64,000 nt of DNA from Massalongia carnosa. Taxonomy: Eukaryota. The stretch covers positions 2,914,001-2,978,000 of the forward strand of contig OZ287067.1 of NCBI GenBank assembly GCA_965645245.1, in the 5' to 3' direction. The notes below the pieces were generated by a model. The model was not told the origin of the DNA and ran no database searches. It worked only from the letters and a program-made list of their open reading frames with translations. How positions within the stretch are numbered: the stretch's first letter is position 1; every line of letters begins with the position of its first letter. Positions 1 to 12,522 of the stretch are shown piece by piece. A program made the translations under genes and the position numbers.

Positions 1-1155
1 GAGAACTGAGCGGTATGATGGTACAATACTCTGTTGGTTATTTATCCTCGAGTGCGGAGGTAGCGTTGTATTTAACATCGACAATGGAGTAGTTATATCC
101 ATACGGAGTACTCTGTAGTCTATACTAATCCTAATGCTCTTCCGCTAGAAATACCGAGGAGAGGGAAGGAACCCGATGACAGACGCTTAAAGACCTAGAT
201 CTCTTTGATCAAGTGTTCTATTCTGTACAGAATATGGATAGTTATCTACTTATATACGAGCAATCAGGACAGAGAACTGAACTCCAGAGGTAATAATCGA
301 CCACCTACTCTTACAATGTGCGGAGTGGTACACCTACGAGACCAGGAGAAGAAGAAAATCGAGGCAACAAAAAGAGCGCTCGATCCGGCGACAGCCTGGA
401 ACTCCCTCGCTAAGCGGGCCACGGTAAGGTAAGATAAGATAGGTGCCTCGGTACCCTGTACATTTATAAGTACGGAGTACTCTGTACTCTGTACTCCGTA
501 CATCAAAGCCGATTACGCCCAGTAAGCAAGCCTTCACAGTGCCTTCAATAGGTAAGAGTACATAAGAAATACCGAGTATTCTGTACTCGTGTTGCCTAGA
601 GATTCGTCTGTTTCCTCTTTAGGTTAGCAAAGAGCAAGGGATATGACCAATAGAATTGCTTCATTTGAACCCGCAATGCCTTTTACCTTTCTGAATGTTC
701 AAATCACAGCGAAACTATCCTCATCATAGCTATCTCACATCTAATTTGGTGTGATACTAACGCGGATAGGAAACGAACAAATTTCTGGGCGACACTAGTA
801 TAGAGTATCAACCTCGATAGCTGACGCAATGCGGCTGGATCTCTCTGCCTTGGCGAACATATACATGGAGAACAAGACGTATCGCGAGTACCCCACCCAT
901 ATCCTGACAGTACTCTGGAAAGGAGTGGTTACACTCGTTTATCTGTACTCGGTATCGAAGGGGAAACGTGTACTGAGTCATCCCCTTTACTCGTAGACAG
1001 AGTGCTCTATACGGTACTCTAACTATACGGTACTCTGTACGGTACTCTGTACAACGTACATACCTTAATTACTTGCATCAACATACTTTGGCGAGTTCCA
1101 AGCAATGTAAGTCTGTCGACAAGCTAAATCGCGATCCTTAACTGCACAACATATC

Positions 1156-2592
1156 ATGGAGATCAAGCCAATTCCGGCCTTCTACTGCTGCTATTTGCTC
1201 CGCTCGACATTGCGACACTCGGCTCTGTATGTGGGGTCCACCCCGAACCCTCAACGGCGCCTTGCACAGCACAATGGTATCTCCAAAGGAGGAGCTATGA
1301 GAACTGCATGCAACCATCTCCGGCCATGGGAGATGGCTTGCATCGTCAGTGGGTTCCCATCAAACGTGGCAGCTCTCCAGTTCGAGTAGGATTTTCCTTT
1401 CTCTTCATTACGTTACGAGCTCGATAACGCTACTCTCAGTTCGAATAAGTGTCGTCGGGAAATATCCTTTAGTTGTTGTATGCCTCATGGTTGTTGAAAT
1501 ACTCGCCTCTGACATGCCATATCTAGATGGGCTTGGCAAAACACGCATCTCACGAAACGGATTGCGGAGGAACAACGCCTCACGGCGAAGGAAACCAAAG
1601 TCCACTTCTCTCCGAAGACGGGCCGGACGCGGAAGCGTCCTGCACGTCCTCGTGCGTCACTGATAGATAAACTTTCCAATCTACATTTGCTTCTTCGAGT
1701 ACCGAGTTTCGCAAGATGGCCTCTGGAAGTTCGCTTCTTCTACAAGGATGTGTACGATGTTTGGCTGCGCTGGAGCGACAGGGTGGACGGCGCGATCAGG
1801 GGTGGTATTAGAGTATCGCTTGATGTGAAACCACCTGCGGAGTCCTTGATCCATGACGAGTTACCGCCCTGCACCGAGGTAAGGCAGGATCAGAAACATG
1901 ACCCCGCAGGAAAGGGCGGCATTGAGGGCATCGATGCGGGTTATGGCCAGTTAAAGAATCGCATTGAGAAGAGTTTATTTCTTCTCTCAGAAGGCGAGGA
2001 CACCAAATGTGCCATCTGTAGTGAGGATATTAATCCTCATATAACAACAGCGTTGGTATGCCCCCAGGGAACCTGTAGTACGGCCTTCCACATGACCTGT
2101 TTGGCAAAACGGTTTCTCGATAGTGAACAGCCAGAGGACTCCGTTCTTCCAACGTCTGGGACGTGCCCGAAATGCGATTCCAGGCTTCAGTGGATTGACT
2201 TAGTGAAGGAGATGAGCCTTAGAACAAGAGGTGAAATGGAGATGGCCCGGCTTATGAAGAAGCCAAGAATACGTAAGACAAAGGTTTCTAAAACCAAGAA
2301 GGCGGTGCTGGTAGATGCCGCCGTGGAGATAGCGGATGACGAAGCTGAGGGTGACCACTATCATACCCTGGACGAAGATGATGCCGACACATCGATGATC
2401 GAGGACCCGTTACCAGATGACTGGTTTTATCAAGAGGATGATGATGATGATAGCGTGTCGGTAACCAGTGCGACGTCCGCTATCCGGACCTCTTTCGATC
2501 CACCGAGTTCTGTCAAGCCAATATCCACTGGTTCAAGACTAGAAATCGTGATTAACGATAGTGATTGGGATGATGCTGAGGTCCTGGATTAA
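1156..2592 (+). CDS. SLX1: Structure-specific endonuclease catalytic subunit Slx1 (GIY-YIG nuclease plus C-terminal RING/PHD-like finger), 2 exons
   Basis: N-terminus FYCCYLLRS...[18 protein letters not shown]...GGA...RPWEM...ALQFE. An intron at ~1386-1526 (GTAGG...CTGAC...CTAG) joins this to WAWQN. C-terminal CAIC...CPQGTC...HMTC...CPKC finger and acidic tail. Confidence 0.93.
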
Positions 2593-2688
2593 TTGAGAAT
2601 CAATAGGCCCAAGGACTCCGCTTCCGTTTTACTCACTCAGGATGGACCCTTGTCAGCAATAGCTCTTTGCTTACATTGATGTTCAATC

Positions 2689-3434
2689 CTATTTGTCTTT
2701 CTCTCCAGTCCTATCCCATGACTGAACCATCTTCACTGCTCCCTGAATATGTCCTAGAGCATCTTCCACAAATTTCCAAACCTCATCCTCAACCTCGTCC
2801 AAACCCCTCCCCGCATCAATCATCTTAACCTGTGTCTCCTGATTCTCCCTTTGCATCAGTTCATGGAATCCCGCCCTCACACGCCTCATTGTCTCCGCCT
2901 GCTCATATCTCTCTTCGCCAAAACCCCCCCTCTTGGCCAACTCCTCGGGCTCAATGTCCAAGAACACACAAGCGTCTGGCTGCGGCAGCCCTACCTCTGG
3001 CTCTCTGGCCCATTTCATTGTCAAGTCTGCTCTTCCCTTGGCAACGGAGTAAGCAATGCCGGAATAGCAATAGCGATCTAAAACCACTGTAATCCCCGCT
3101 GCGACGTTACAACGGATCTCTCCGGCGGACTCCCATCGGTTGGCGGAGAAGAGCAGGTGCACAGCGTGGTCATCGATCTCGGTTTCGTTGCGCAGGTAAG
3201 CATTGATAGAGACGCCAATAGGCGTGGTTCGATCTTGTACATTTCGCACCAAAAGTGAGTATGCGAGCTTAAATGCTCAGGAGGGGGACACGCAAACTTA
3301 CTAGGGAATCTAAGGTGTTTGACTGGGTGACCTCTTTGCTCGAGGCGCCGGCAGAGACGTTCAGATTGCGTGGTTTTGCCAGCACGGTCCAGGCCTTCGA
3401 TTACGATCAAGGCGCCGCGAGGGCTGGGAGCCAT
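2689..3434 (-). CDS. CDC8: Thymidylate kinase (dTMP kinase)
   Basis: MAPSPRGALIVIEGLDRAGKTTQ P-loop, RFP, intron near 3300-3240, then DRTTPIG...HLLFSANRWE...DRYCYSG...GFGEERYE. Confidence 0.93.
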
Positions 3435-3628
3435 GATTAAATGTCTCAGCGTAGAGAGTGGGCTGTAGAGGTCCACTCTTGAAGCGTCTTAGAGTGTAAA
3501 AAAGTTGAGAAGTTTTTGTTTGGTATTGACTGAATAGAAAATAACTCTACAAAGACATATCTCTTGAACCTCGAGAAATAATCTCAATGTCAAGACTGAC
3601 TGACTTGTATGTAGAGTATATGTAAGTG

Positions 3629-4934
3629 CACACGCGGGTGACAAAAAAAATGACAACGTGGGGGCCGTTTACCCCACCAAATTTTGCATGCATTCCCCCT
3701 TTTCAATCACGATTATACAGTGTTTACACAAGAAAATTTCAATTTAATAACCAGTTATTGCACCTTCACCATCTAGTACTGCCTGCAGTCTATCAGGCAT
3801 TGATCGCACCCATTTATTGATGAATTCCTGAGAAACACGAGTCCAACCCTCCAAAATCAACTCCTTAAAAGTAGCATCATCTCAGTATGGATATTTACGA
3901 AGATGTTGCTTAATCGGTAGGCAGCAGTTCTCGATTGAAGACAAATCAGGAGAAGACGAACAGTTAAAATAATGATTCAAATAATTGCTTTCCTTTCGTG
4001 TCTTGACTGCATTTCGGGTTCTATCAGTGCCATGTCCGGAGTCCTCATCTTCATTCAAGACGAATGTCGTCACCTCGATCAAGTCAAGACTTGACGACGG
4101 GATTGAGAATGAAGTCGATGTAGATCTGATGAGTCATCTTTTCATTGCTATTTTCAGGAACATCGTAAAAGACGAGCTCAGACTTGAAATTATATTCAAC
4201 TGCAGCTCAACAATGCATTCGTTTTCGATCTTTTTCAGGAGGGGGATCACGATGCTAAATACAATTTCATCTATATCGAGTATCAGGCTGTCTTATGATT
4301 CATAGTTGATCTTCGGGTTCATATTCAAAATGCACTTCGTCGCTGAATCGAACACGACTTCAGTCTTCGGGTTTGGAGTATTTTTTCAGCATAACACGAG
4401 CTAACTTCATTCTGCGTTTCATTAAAACATCTTTCAGTCATCCTCTCACACATGCGAGGCATTTTTCATAGTCTATTGCGGCTTGAAGAATGCAATGCAT
4501 AGTACGATTTATTATCTTAGCGTTGACCTCGAGAGTAATTTGATTTCAAGTATAACGCTTGCCTTCGAGCATTAAATCATCGTCTTGTAGAATATGATCA
4601 GCTTCTCGCATCTGCTCGCCTGTGATCTTTGATTTTCGACCTCGAGTTTCATTTAGTTCAGTAATATTGTGACGAGTTCGTGAAGAAGATCCTGCTTCAA
4701 TCATTCTGTATTCAGCTCTTTCCTCAACGTTAAATTTTCTGAAAATATCACGAACATCATGCGAAATTCCTTTCGCAAGAAGAAACTGATGAGCTCCCTG
4801 TACCTTGGCCTTTTGAGGCGTATCATAGTGAGATTTTCGGGGCATTTTATATAGGAATAATGGCGAAATAAAGGGAGAAATTTTGGTGGGGTAAACGGCC
4901 CCCACGTTGTCATTTTTTTGGTCACCCGCGTGTG
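3629..4934 (-). mobile_element. Degenerate Tc1/mariner (IS630-Tc1) DNA transposon with ~55-bp TIRs and a RIP-eroded transposase
   Basis: TIR CACACGCGGGTGAC(A/C)AAAAAAATGACAACGTGGGGGCCGTTTACCCCACCAAA at 3629-3684, inverted at 4879-4934. Minus-strand remnants RVRFSDEVHF, EDEDSGHG and SPDLSSIEN, with many premature stops. Confidence 0.9.
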
Positions 4935-4970
4935 GTGCACCACTCCGCTAAGCTCAATCCTGAGCTAGTA

Positions 4971-6292
4971 CAAATCGGGTCTAGGAAGTCAGCAAACACT
5001 TCGCTTAATTTCCCCTCATCTAAATTCCCCTCTTACTTCACCCTCCCCTTTCTCCATCAATTTTCATCTGATCAACGAAATGCCTTCCAAACCCAAGACG
5101 GCCAGACGTGAACATTCGTCTGAAACCATTGCTATCGTTGTAGCTCTTCATGAAGTCCACTATTCCTATGCTGAAATAGCCCGTCAAGTTCGGCTGGCCC
5201 GTTCCACCGTGGTCACCATAGTTCATAGAGCTAAGAGACAAGCCGACGCCTCTTCCGTTCCCAAAAAACGTACTGGTCGGCCAACCAAGCTAAATGTCCG
5301 TGCCAGACGGGCATTGATTCGCCATGTTGAGAAAAATCCACACGATAATTTTCTGGCCCTGACTACCCCTTCCAAATCGGGTCAAAAGCTCTCTCGCGTC
5401 ACCGTACGAAAATATCTGAAGCTCGGTGGCTATTTCCGTTTCAGGGCTAGAAAAAAGCCGTTTCTATCAGCACGTCACAAAGCAATCAGGCTAAAATGGG
5501 GCAAGGAGCATAAGCATTGGACGGTAGGAGATTGGGGCCGAGTTATATGGACAGATGAAGCTACGTTTGAAACTGGTTTAGACACTCGCTCGTGCTACGT
5601 CACGAGACGAAAAGGCACGGCCATGGAGTCTAGATATCTGAAGCCTACATTCAAAAGCGGACGAAGCACTGTGAGCATCTGGGCTAGCATACGATTGGGT
5701 GAAAAAGGTCCTATGCTCGTTTTGAATAAGGGGAGACGAATGAATTCAGATATCTACATTGACGAGGTGCTAAGGCCTTTAGGGCTCTCGTTTTATGAAG
5801 CATGCTTGACTAGGCGAGGTTTGACGATCTGGATGGATGACGGAGCCAGCTATCATACTTCGAAAAAGGTGATTGATTGGGGGAGACGAAACGGGCTTTT
5901 ACGCATGGATTGGCCACCTCAGTCACCCGATTTGAATCCCATTGAGAATCTCTGGCGTATTATCAAAATACGGGTCAGTGCCCGTCACCAAATCCATACA
6001 ATTGAGGCCATGGAGCAGGCTATTCGGGAGGAATGGGAGCTGTTGACTGAGGAGGACTTCAGACGGTGCATTGAGAGCATGCCTGAGCGTATTCGCTTTC
6101 CTATTAAGGCTAAAGGGGGTTCTATTAAATACTGATGATTTAATCTTCTTCAGCATACAGTATTTGACGAAATATGAAGGTTTCAAAGCATCAAGTTGGA
6201 AATTGATTGATTGGGGTGATTTTCATCATTAGGGGTGAGGGGTAAAATGGGGGTGGAACGTGCGCTGTTCGGTCACTTCCTAGACCCGACTG
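4971..6292 (+). mobile_element. Tc1-family DNA transposon with imperfect TIRs and TA target duplication
   Basis: Left end TA|CAAATCGGGTCTAGGAAGT at 4969; right end ACTTCCTAGACCCGACTG|TA ending at 6294. Encloses a transposase ORF. Confidence 0.9.
5080..6135 (+). CDS. Tc1-type DD34E transposase, uninterrupted 351-aa ORF
   Basis: HTH N-terminus (YAEIARQVRLARSTV), GRP motif, WTDEA, WMDDGA, WPPQSPDLNPIENLW. I counted 34 residues between the second D and the E. Confidence 0.93.
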   Translation: MPSKPKTARREHSSETIAIVVALHEVHYSYAEIARQVRLARSTVVTIVHRAKRQADASSVPKKRTGRPTKLNVRARRALIRHVEKNPHDNFLALTTPSKSGQKLSRVTVRKYLKLGGYFRFRARKKPFLSARHKAIRLKWGKEHKHWTVGDWGRVIWTDEATFETGLDTRSCYVTRRKGTAMESRYLKPTFKSGRSTVSIWASIRLGEKGPMLVLNKGRRMNSDIYIDEVLRPLGLSFYEACLTRRGLTIWMDDGASYHTSKKVIDWGRRNGLLRMDWPPQSPDLNPIENLWRIIKIRVSARHQIHTIEAMEQAIREEWELLTEEDFRRCIESMPERIRFPIKAKGGSIKY

Positions 6293-6364
6293 TACATACT
6301 CTAATCTGAAATGAACTATTTTCGATAGGTTTGGAAACGAGACTCGAATTCATTTTCGAACTCA

Positions 6365-7212
<848 letters not shown>

Positions 7213-8223
7213 TAGCATTGAGTTTGCAGCAGATTCATGGATCTCGCTCTACGGAACTCCTTAAACCTATTATTGATGGGAGAGTCCTAGGCTTGTCAAA
7301 CAAGAATCTTGAGCTCATGACCTAGCAGGAATATGAGGTTTGACTGCTCCGACTCACTCAAACTAAGGGTTATCATTATCCCTTAAGAATTGATGTTGCC
7401 AATTGGAACCAGATAATACCTATCTGGATCATAAACCATCCTGAAAAGATCCTTTGCTCTTTTCAACGCTTCCGCTTAACTTATTTCACCTTTGGCTTTT
7501 TCATAACTCAGATCACACCCTCATTTCTAGCCTATGATAGAATACCTAGTAGGTATACTTGCTGATGTGGTACTGAAGGAGTTAAAACTATTCCACGCCT
7601 TCTAAGCCTCTTCTGCAATCAGCCGGTTCGAGCAAGTCAGATGAAAAGGTTCAGTTTTCTCTAGGTTCTTAGGACCCCGAAGATCAAACTAAGCAGAAGC
7701 TCTATGTTCGAGGCTATCAAGCACTCTGCTATGGAAGCGTGTGAACTAAGGTCTGACAAGCGCTTTTCTAAAATCTAGTTACGGATCTCAATATGGAAAC
7801 GAGGGGAGACCATCAAGCTCCGCAAGGAGAACATTTGCTCGTTAGTTTAGAAGCTAAGATCTAGAGCAGGCCTATGAGACGCACGCTTCAATAACTGAAA
7901 AGATGATAAGCTGAGTAGCTAACGATACCAGAAGTTTTTTCATTGGTTTACTCTTACCTATGTAGGTACATATCACAATACATTCCATATGTAGCATTTA
8001 AATTTGGGAGTTACGCTCGAGTTTCGTTGCTTCTCAAAAGTACCCGACACAGCAAAACTTGATGACAAGGATTTACGTGACTTCTAAATAAGTAATACCT
8101 ATGTCCTATGGATCAAAGTAAACCCGATAGGTACATAATCTTATTCCGTAAACACTAGCGCAAACGTGAGGCAAAACAACTCACTCTAGACCTAAGATGT
8201 GAAGAGGAGTCTCTAGGCTCGCA

Positions 8224-9788
8224 ATGATGGCTCAAGAAGGGTGGTCTACATCCTCGGAAAGAATCTTATCTTTCAAGAAATTAGGTCGAGGATCAAATGA
8301 CAATGAGTCCAGACGAGGTGAAATTCATTTCCCAGGCCGAAAAATAATAGAGACGCCTCATTACGTTGCATTGAGTTCGCGAGGGGCTGTACCGCACCTC
8401 TCACAGGACGTGATGAGAGATCATACATCAATCAATGGCTTATACGCTGCTCTTGAAGACTGTAAGCCAATAGCCACCATCGTTCTGAAAGACTCAAAGG
8501 GCTTGAAGGGTTTTTGGACTGACAAGTGCTAACTGGTATGCTCCTTTTGGGCTAGTAAGACATAGAGAAGGCTCCACACCAGGTTCCTTCAGTGTTCCAC
8601 GCTCCGGCATTGCTCGATGAATCTCCGCTCAGACGGTTCATATCGCTCCAGCGAGATACGCTACTCATTCTAGGAAGCCGCCGTATCCCTCCGTTACCAT
8701 GCCCAGCATCAAATACAAATAGCGCCATATCGATTGTTACCGCAATGGGATTTGGCTCGCTTGAGTCTTCGGATTACGTTAAAGCTGTGCGAAAACTACA
8801 GCCAGATATTCTTCTTGGAATGGGGGATGTGATAATTGGTCAAAAGGTGGGTTCGAAGCGAATGGAAAAAATGGGTGATAGGACGCTTGCTTGGATCAAA
8901 GAAATGGTTGTCGGTATCAGCGATGAGGGTGAAGGGTTAAACAGAACGGCATTATTTGCACCCATTCTACCTATTGAATCAGAACAACAATCATATTATT
9001 TGGATGATCTCCAAGATGAGCTTCAGGAGCACTTGGCTGGTCTAGTCTTATACGAAGCAAGGTCGATCCTTGCTATTCCAAAAAATCTGATCAACTTGCC
9101 GCGACTATTAATAGGGGAGCCAGAGAGTCCACATAAGGTTCTGGATGGGATTTGGCTTGGAATAGATATGTTCAGCGTCCCTTTTATCTATACGGCTACC
9201 GATGCTGGCATCGCTCTAGACTTTTCATTTCCTCCGAAGCAGGTAACTAAAGCCAATGACCTCATTCCCCTCGGCGTTGATATGTGGTCTCCCGTTCATG
9301 CAGTTGATTTATCACCTCTCCGCATGGGGTGTCAATGCTACACTTGCACAAGCCATCATAGAGCATATGTTCAGCATCTCCTTGGTGCCAAAGAGATGCT
9401 GGCCTGGGTCTTACTCCAGTTGCATAATCACCAAGTGATGGACGATTTTTTTACAGGTGTCCGACGCAGTCTGGATGAAGGGTCTTTTGACCACGACAAA
9501 ACCATCTTTGCAAAAATGTACGAAAATGGTTTGCCTGCGAAGACAGGTCAGGGCCCAAGGTACTCCACCATTTATCTGTATGTTTGCCAGCACATTAAAC
9601 GCTCACACACAAGTAGGGTTAGAGGTTATCAATTCAAATCGGAAGGCAAAGGAGAGCCGCGCAAGAATCCTCCGGCATACCGAATGTTAGATGAGGATAA
9701 GGAAAAGCTCGAAGACGCTACGCTACCAAGCCCAAGTTTAAATTCGCAGAATTTTGAGGAACAAGGCTTTGCGGAAAGGGTGACATGA
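8224..9788 (+). CDS. QTRT2: Queuine tRNA-ribosyltransferase accessory subunit (QTRT2/QTRTD1)
   Basis: IETPHY...SRGAVPHLSQD and zinc motif CQCYTC..HHRAYVQHLL.AKEMLAWVLLQLHN. Introns at ~8462-8555 and 9560-9616. Confidence 0.88.
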
Positions 9789-10373
9789 TGTCCCACCCTC
9801 AGAACGTGTTGTGTTCCACAGTTCAATAAACAGTACTCTACGTTTGTTGCTTGGACATCAGGTCTTGATAGCTTCTCCCTTGGAGCAATTGTCTTTGATC
9901 ATGCAGGGTGAGAATTTAATGGTTGATGGACCTTGGGAGGCAATCAGGGTAGGAGTTTTGTTCTGACAAAGCCAGCCTGACGGTTTGCTCGTGACAGGAC
10001 TAGTAAAGAAGTTCAATGGACTTTCAGGCCTTTGATTGAAGATTTGGTGTAGTTAGTACATAGTACGAAACACAGACGAAAATCTGCTGCTCGTCATTTG
10101 GCGTGATCCGTTTGATGACCTCTTTTGCGGAGACCTGCACCATGTAAAGTATCTCCTCCATTATGACATCCACCGATTTATCCCCTAAGTCGACAAACTA
10201 CAAGTTCTGTTTCGGTTTAAAACCTCCATTTTCCGAATTGACTAAGGTGAAGAATGACCTTCACCCTTCTCACTTCGCTCGCCGAACCAAACACTCACAC
10301 CGTCAAGCCTGATTGACGGAACATAACCCCCCCAACAGTTCTTGGTCTTCAAGGAAGCCAGGAGGTTAGGACA

Positions 10374-12522
10374 ATGTCCACGGATAAGCTTACTGACAAA
10401 CTTGCTGCTATCTCTGATGATGGCAGTTATTTTTCCCTCGAGTTCTTCCCCCCCAAAACCCCAATGGTCTCAGTTTCCCATATGACCTCTCTATCCTACC
10501 GACTGACTTTACATCCAGGGGTTTTCGAATCTTCAGATCCGCCTGGAGCGTATGTCCCGCGCATTAAGACCTCTTTTCGTGACCGTGACCTGGGGAGCCG
10601 GTGGCTGCACCTCATCTCGCTCTCTGGAGCTTGCTGAGATATGTCAGCGGCAGCTAGGCCTCACAACGTGCCTACACCTAACTTGCACGAATATGAAGCG
10701 GAAGCTGATAGACGAGGCGCTTGAATCCGCAAAGATGTTAGGGGTGAGGAATATTCTGGCCCTGAGAGGGGATGCCCCAAGGGAGCATGAATATAGGCTT
10801 GTTAGGGAGGACGGGGCTACGGGCACAGAAGACGAGGACAGCAATGTGGATTTCACGTGGGCAATTGACCTGGTCAGGTATATCCGCAAGGTTCATGGCG
10901 ACTACTTCTGTATCGGGGTCGCAGCCTATCCGGAAGGGCATGCGGACGAATCGTATCCCACCCAGCAAGATCCCATTCATGATTTACCGTATCTGGTTGA
11001 GAAAATTAAGGCAGGAGCGGATTTCATCATGACACAGCTGTTTTACGATTTAGACGCCTATTTACGCTTCGAGAAGATGCTTAGGGAACATGAGTCCGGG
11101 GTTATGGTAGATATACCAATTATTCCAGGGCTAATGCCAATTCAAAGCTTCGAGATTCTGAAACGGACGACGAAGCTTAGCCATGCCAGGCTACCGCCGG
11201 AACTATTGGAAAGGTTGGAAGGGGTTAAAGGGGATGATGAGGCGGTGAAGCAGGTAGGTGTAGATGCTGTCAGCGAAATCGTTGAAGGCATCCAAAGGGT
11301 GAAGGCCAAAATGCCTCGTGGCTTCCATTTCTATACGCTCAATTTGGAGAAGGCAGTAGGGTATATAGTTGAGCGATGCCACCTCATTCCATCCAGCACC
11401 TCCGACATCGATGACGCAGCCATGCCATCCCCGGTCCTCAACGGCATCAACGGGATGAACGGGTTTCATCAAGTCTCATCCCTGGAACATGACTCCCGCA
11501 ACTCCTCCACCCGCAGCCGCCTCTCCTCCATCTCTTCCTCATCGCACAACTATCTCGCCGCATCCCCCTCATCCCTGGCCACAACCCATGGCACCGGCCC
11601 CCTTGCCCGCGAAGCAACCTGGGACGACTACCCCAACGGCCGCTTTGGCGACGCTCGCTCCCCTGCTTTCACCCCTTCCCTCAGCTACTCCCCCTCCACG
11701 CTTCCCATCCCCGCCCATCTTGTTCCCACTCTCTGGGGCTCCCCCACAAACCCCACCGCCATAACCGCCCTCTTCACCGCCCACCTCTCTGGCTTCACCC
11801 CTGTCCAGCTCCCCTGGTCCGATTCTCCCTCCCTCTCCCCCGAAACGGCACTCATCCTTCCTGAACTTCTAGCCCTTAACGCTCGCCGCAACTGGTGGAC
11901 CATTGCTTCCCAACCCGCCGTCGACGGCGTCTCTTCCTCGCACACCATCCACGGTTGGGGCCCTCCGGGCGGCTTCGTCTTCCAGAAAGCCTTTGTCGAG
12001 CTCTTCCTCCCCGCCAGCGACTGGTATGGCATTCTGCGGCCGCATTTGAAATCTGCAGAGGTGCATGGCGAGGTGAGTTGGTACGCGGGGGCTCACGGAG
12101 GGGGGTTCGAGTCCAGCGAAAGCGCCGAGGCCGTACATGCGGTGACGTGGGGCATGTTTCCTGGCAAGGAGATTGCGACGGCAACAATGGTCGAGGAAGT
12201 CAGTTTCCGGGCGTGGGCGGAAGAGGCGTTTGGGGTATGGGCCGAATGGGCAAGATGCTTGGGCGGTGGTGGTAGTGGTAGTGGTGGTAGTGTTGTTGGT
12301 GTTGGCGTCGGTAATGGTGACGATGGGAGGGAAGCTGCCGAGGGACGCCGAGCTCGGGAACCGAGCGGCGAGGAAGAGTCCGGGCGGGCGTTCCTGAAGA
12401 AATGTATGGAGGGTTGCTGGCTGGTAAACGTGATTGGGCATGAGTTCCGGCATGGGGGCAAGCTTTGGGAGATTCTGCTTGAGGCGGCGGCAGCGGCGGC
12501 AGGGGAAGGGGGAGGTGGCTAA
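10374..12522 (+). CDS. MET12: Methylenetetrahydrofolate reductase (Met12-like paralog) with C-terminal regulatory domain
   Basis: FSLEFFPPKT, intron ~10467-10519, then PLFVTVTWGAGG, CLHLTCTN, NILALRGD, GVAAYPEGH, GADFIMTQLFYD, TWDDYPNGRFGDARSPAF, GWGPPGGFVFQKAFVE. Assignment to MET12 rather than MET13 is less certain. Confidence 0.9.

Noticed and set aside
205..537. Short ORFs at the window start
   Set aside because: No recognisable protein features; peptides such as STEYSVL are simply translations of the GTACTCTGTAC motif.
7250..8200. Possible decayed gene or TE between EBP and QTRT2
   Set aside because: The frames I translated are stop-rich, with no recognisable motif or terminal repeats.
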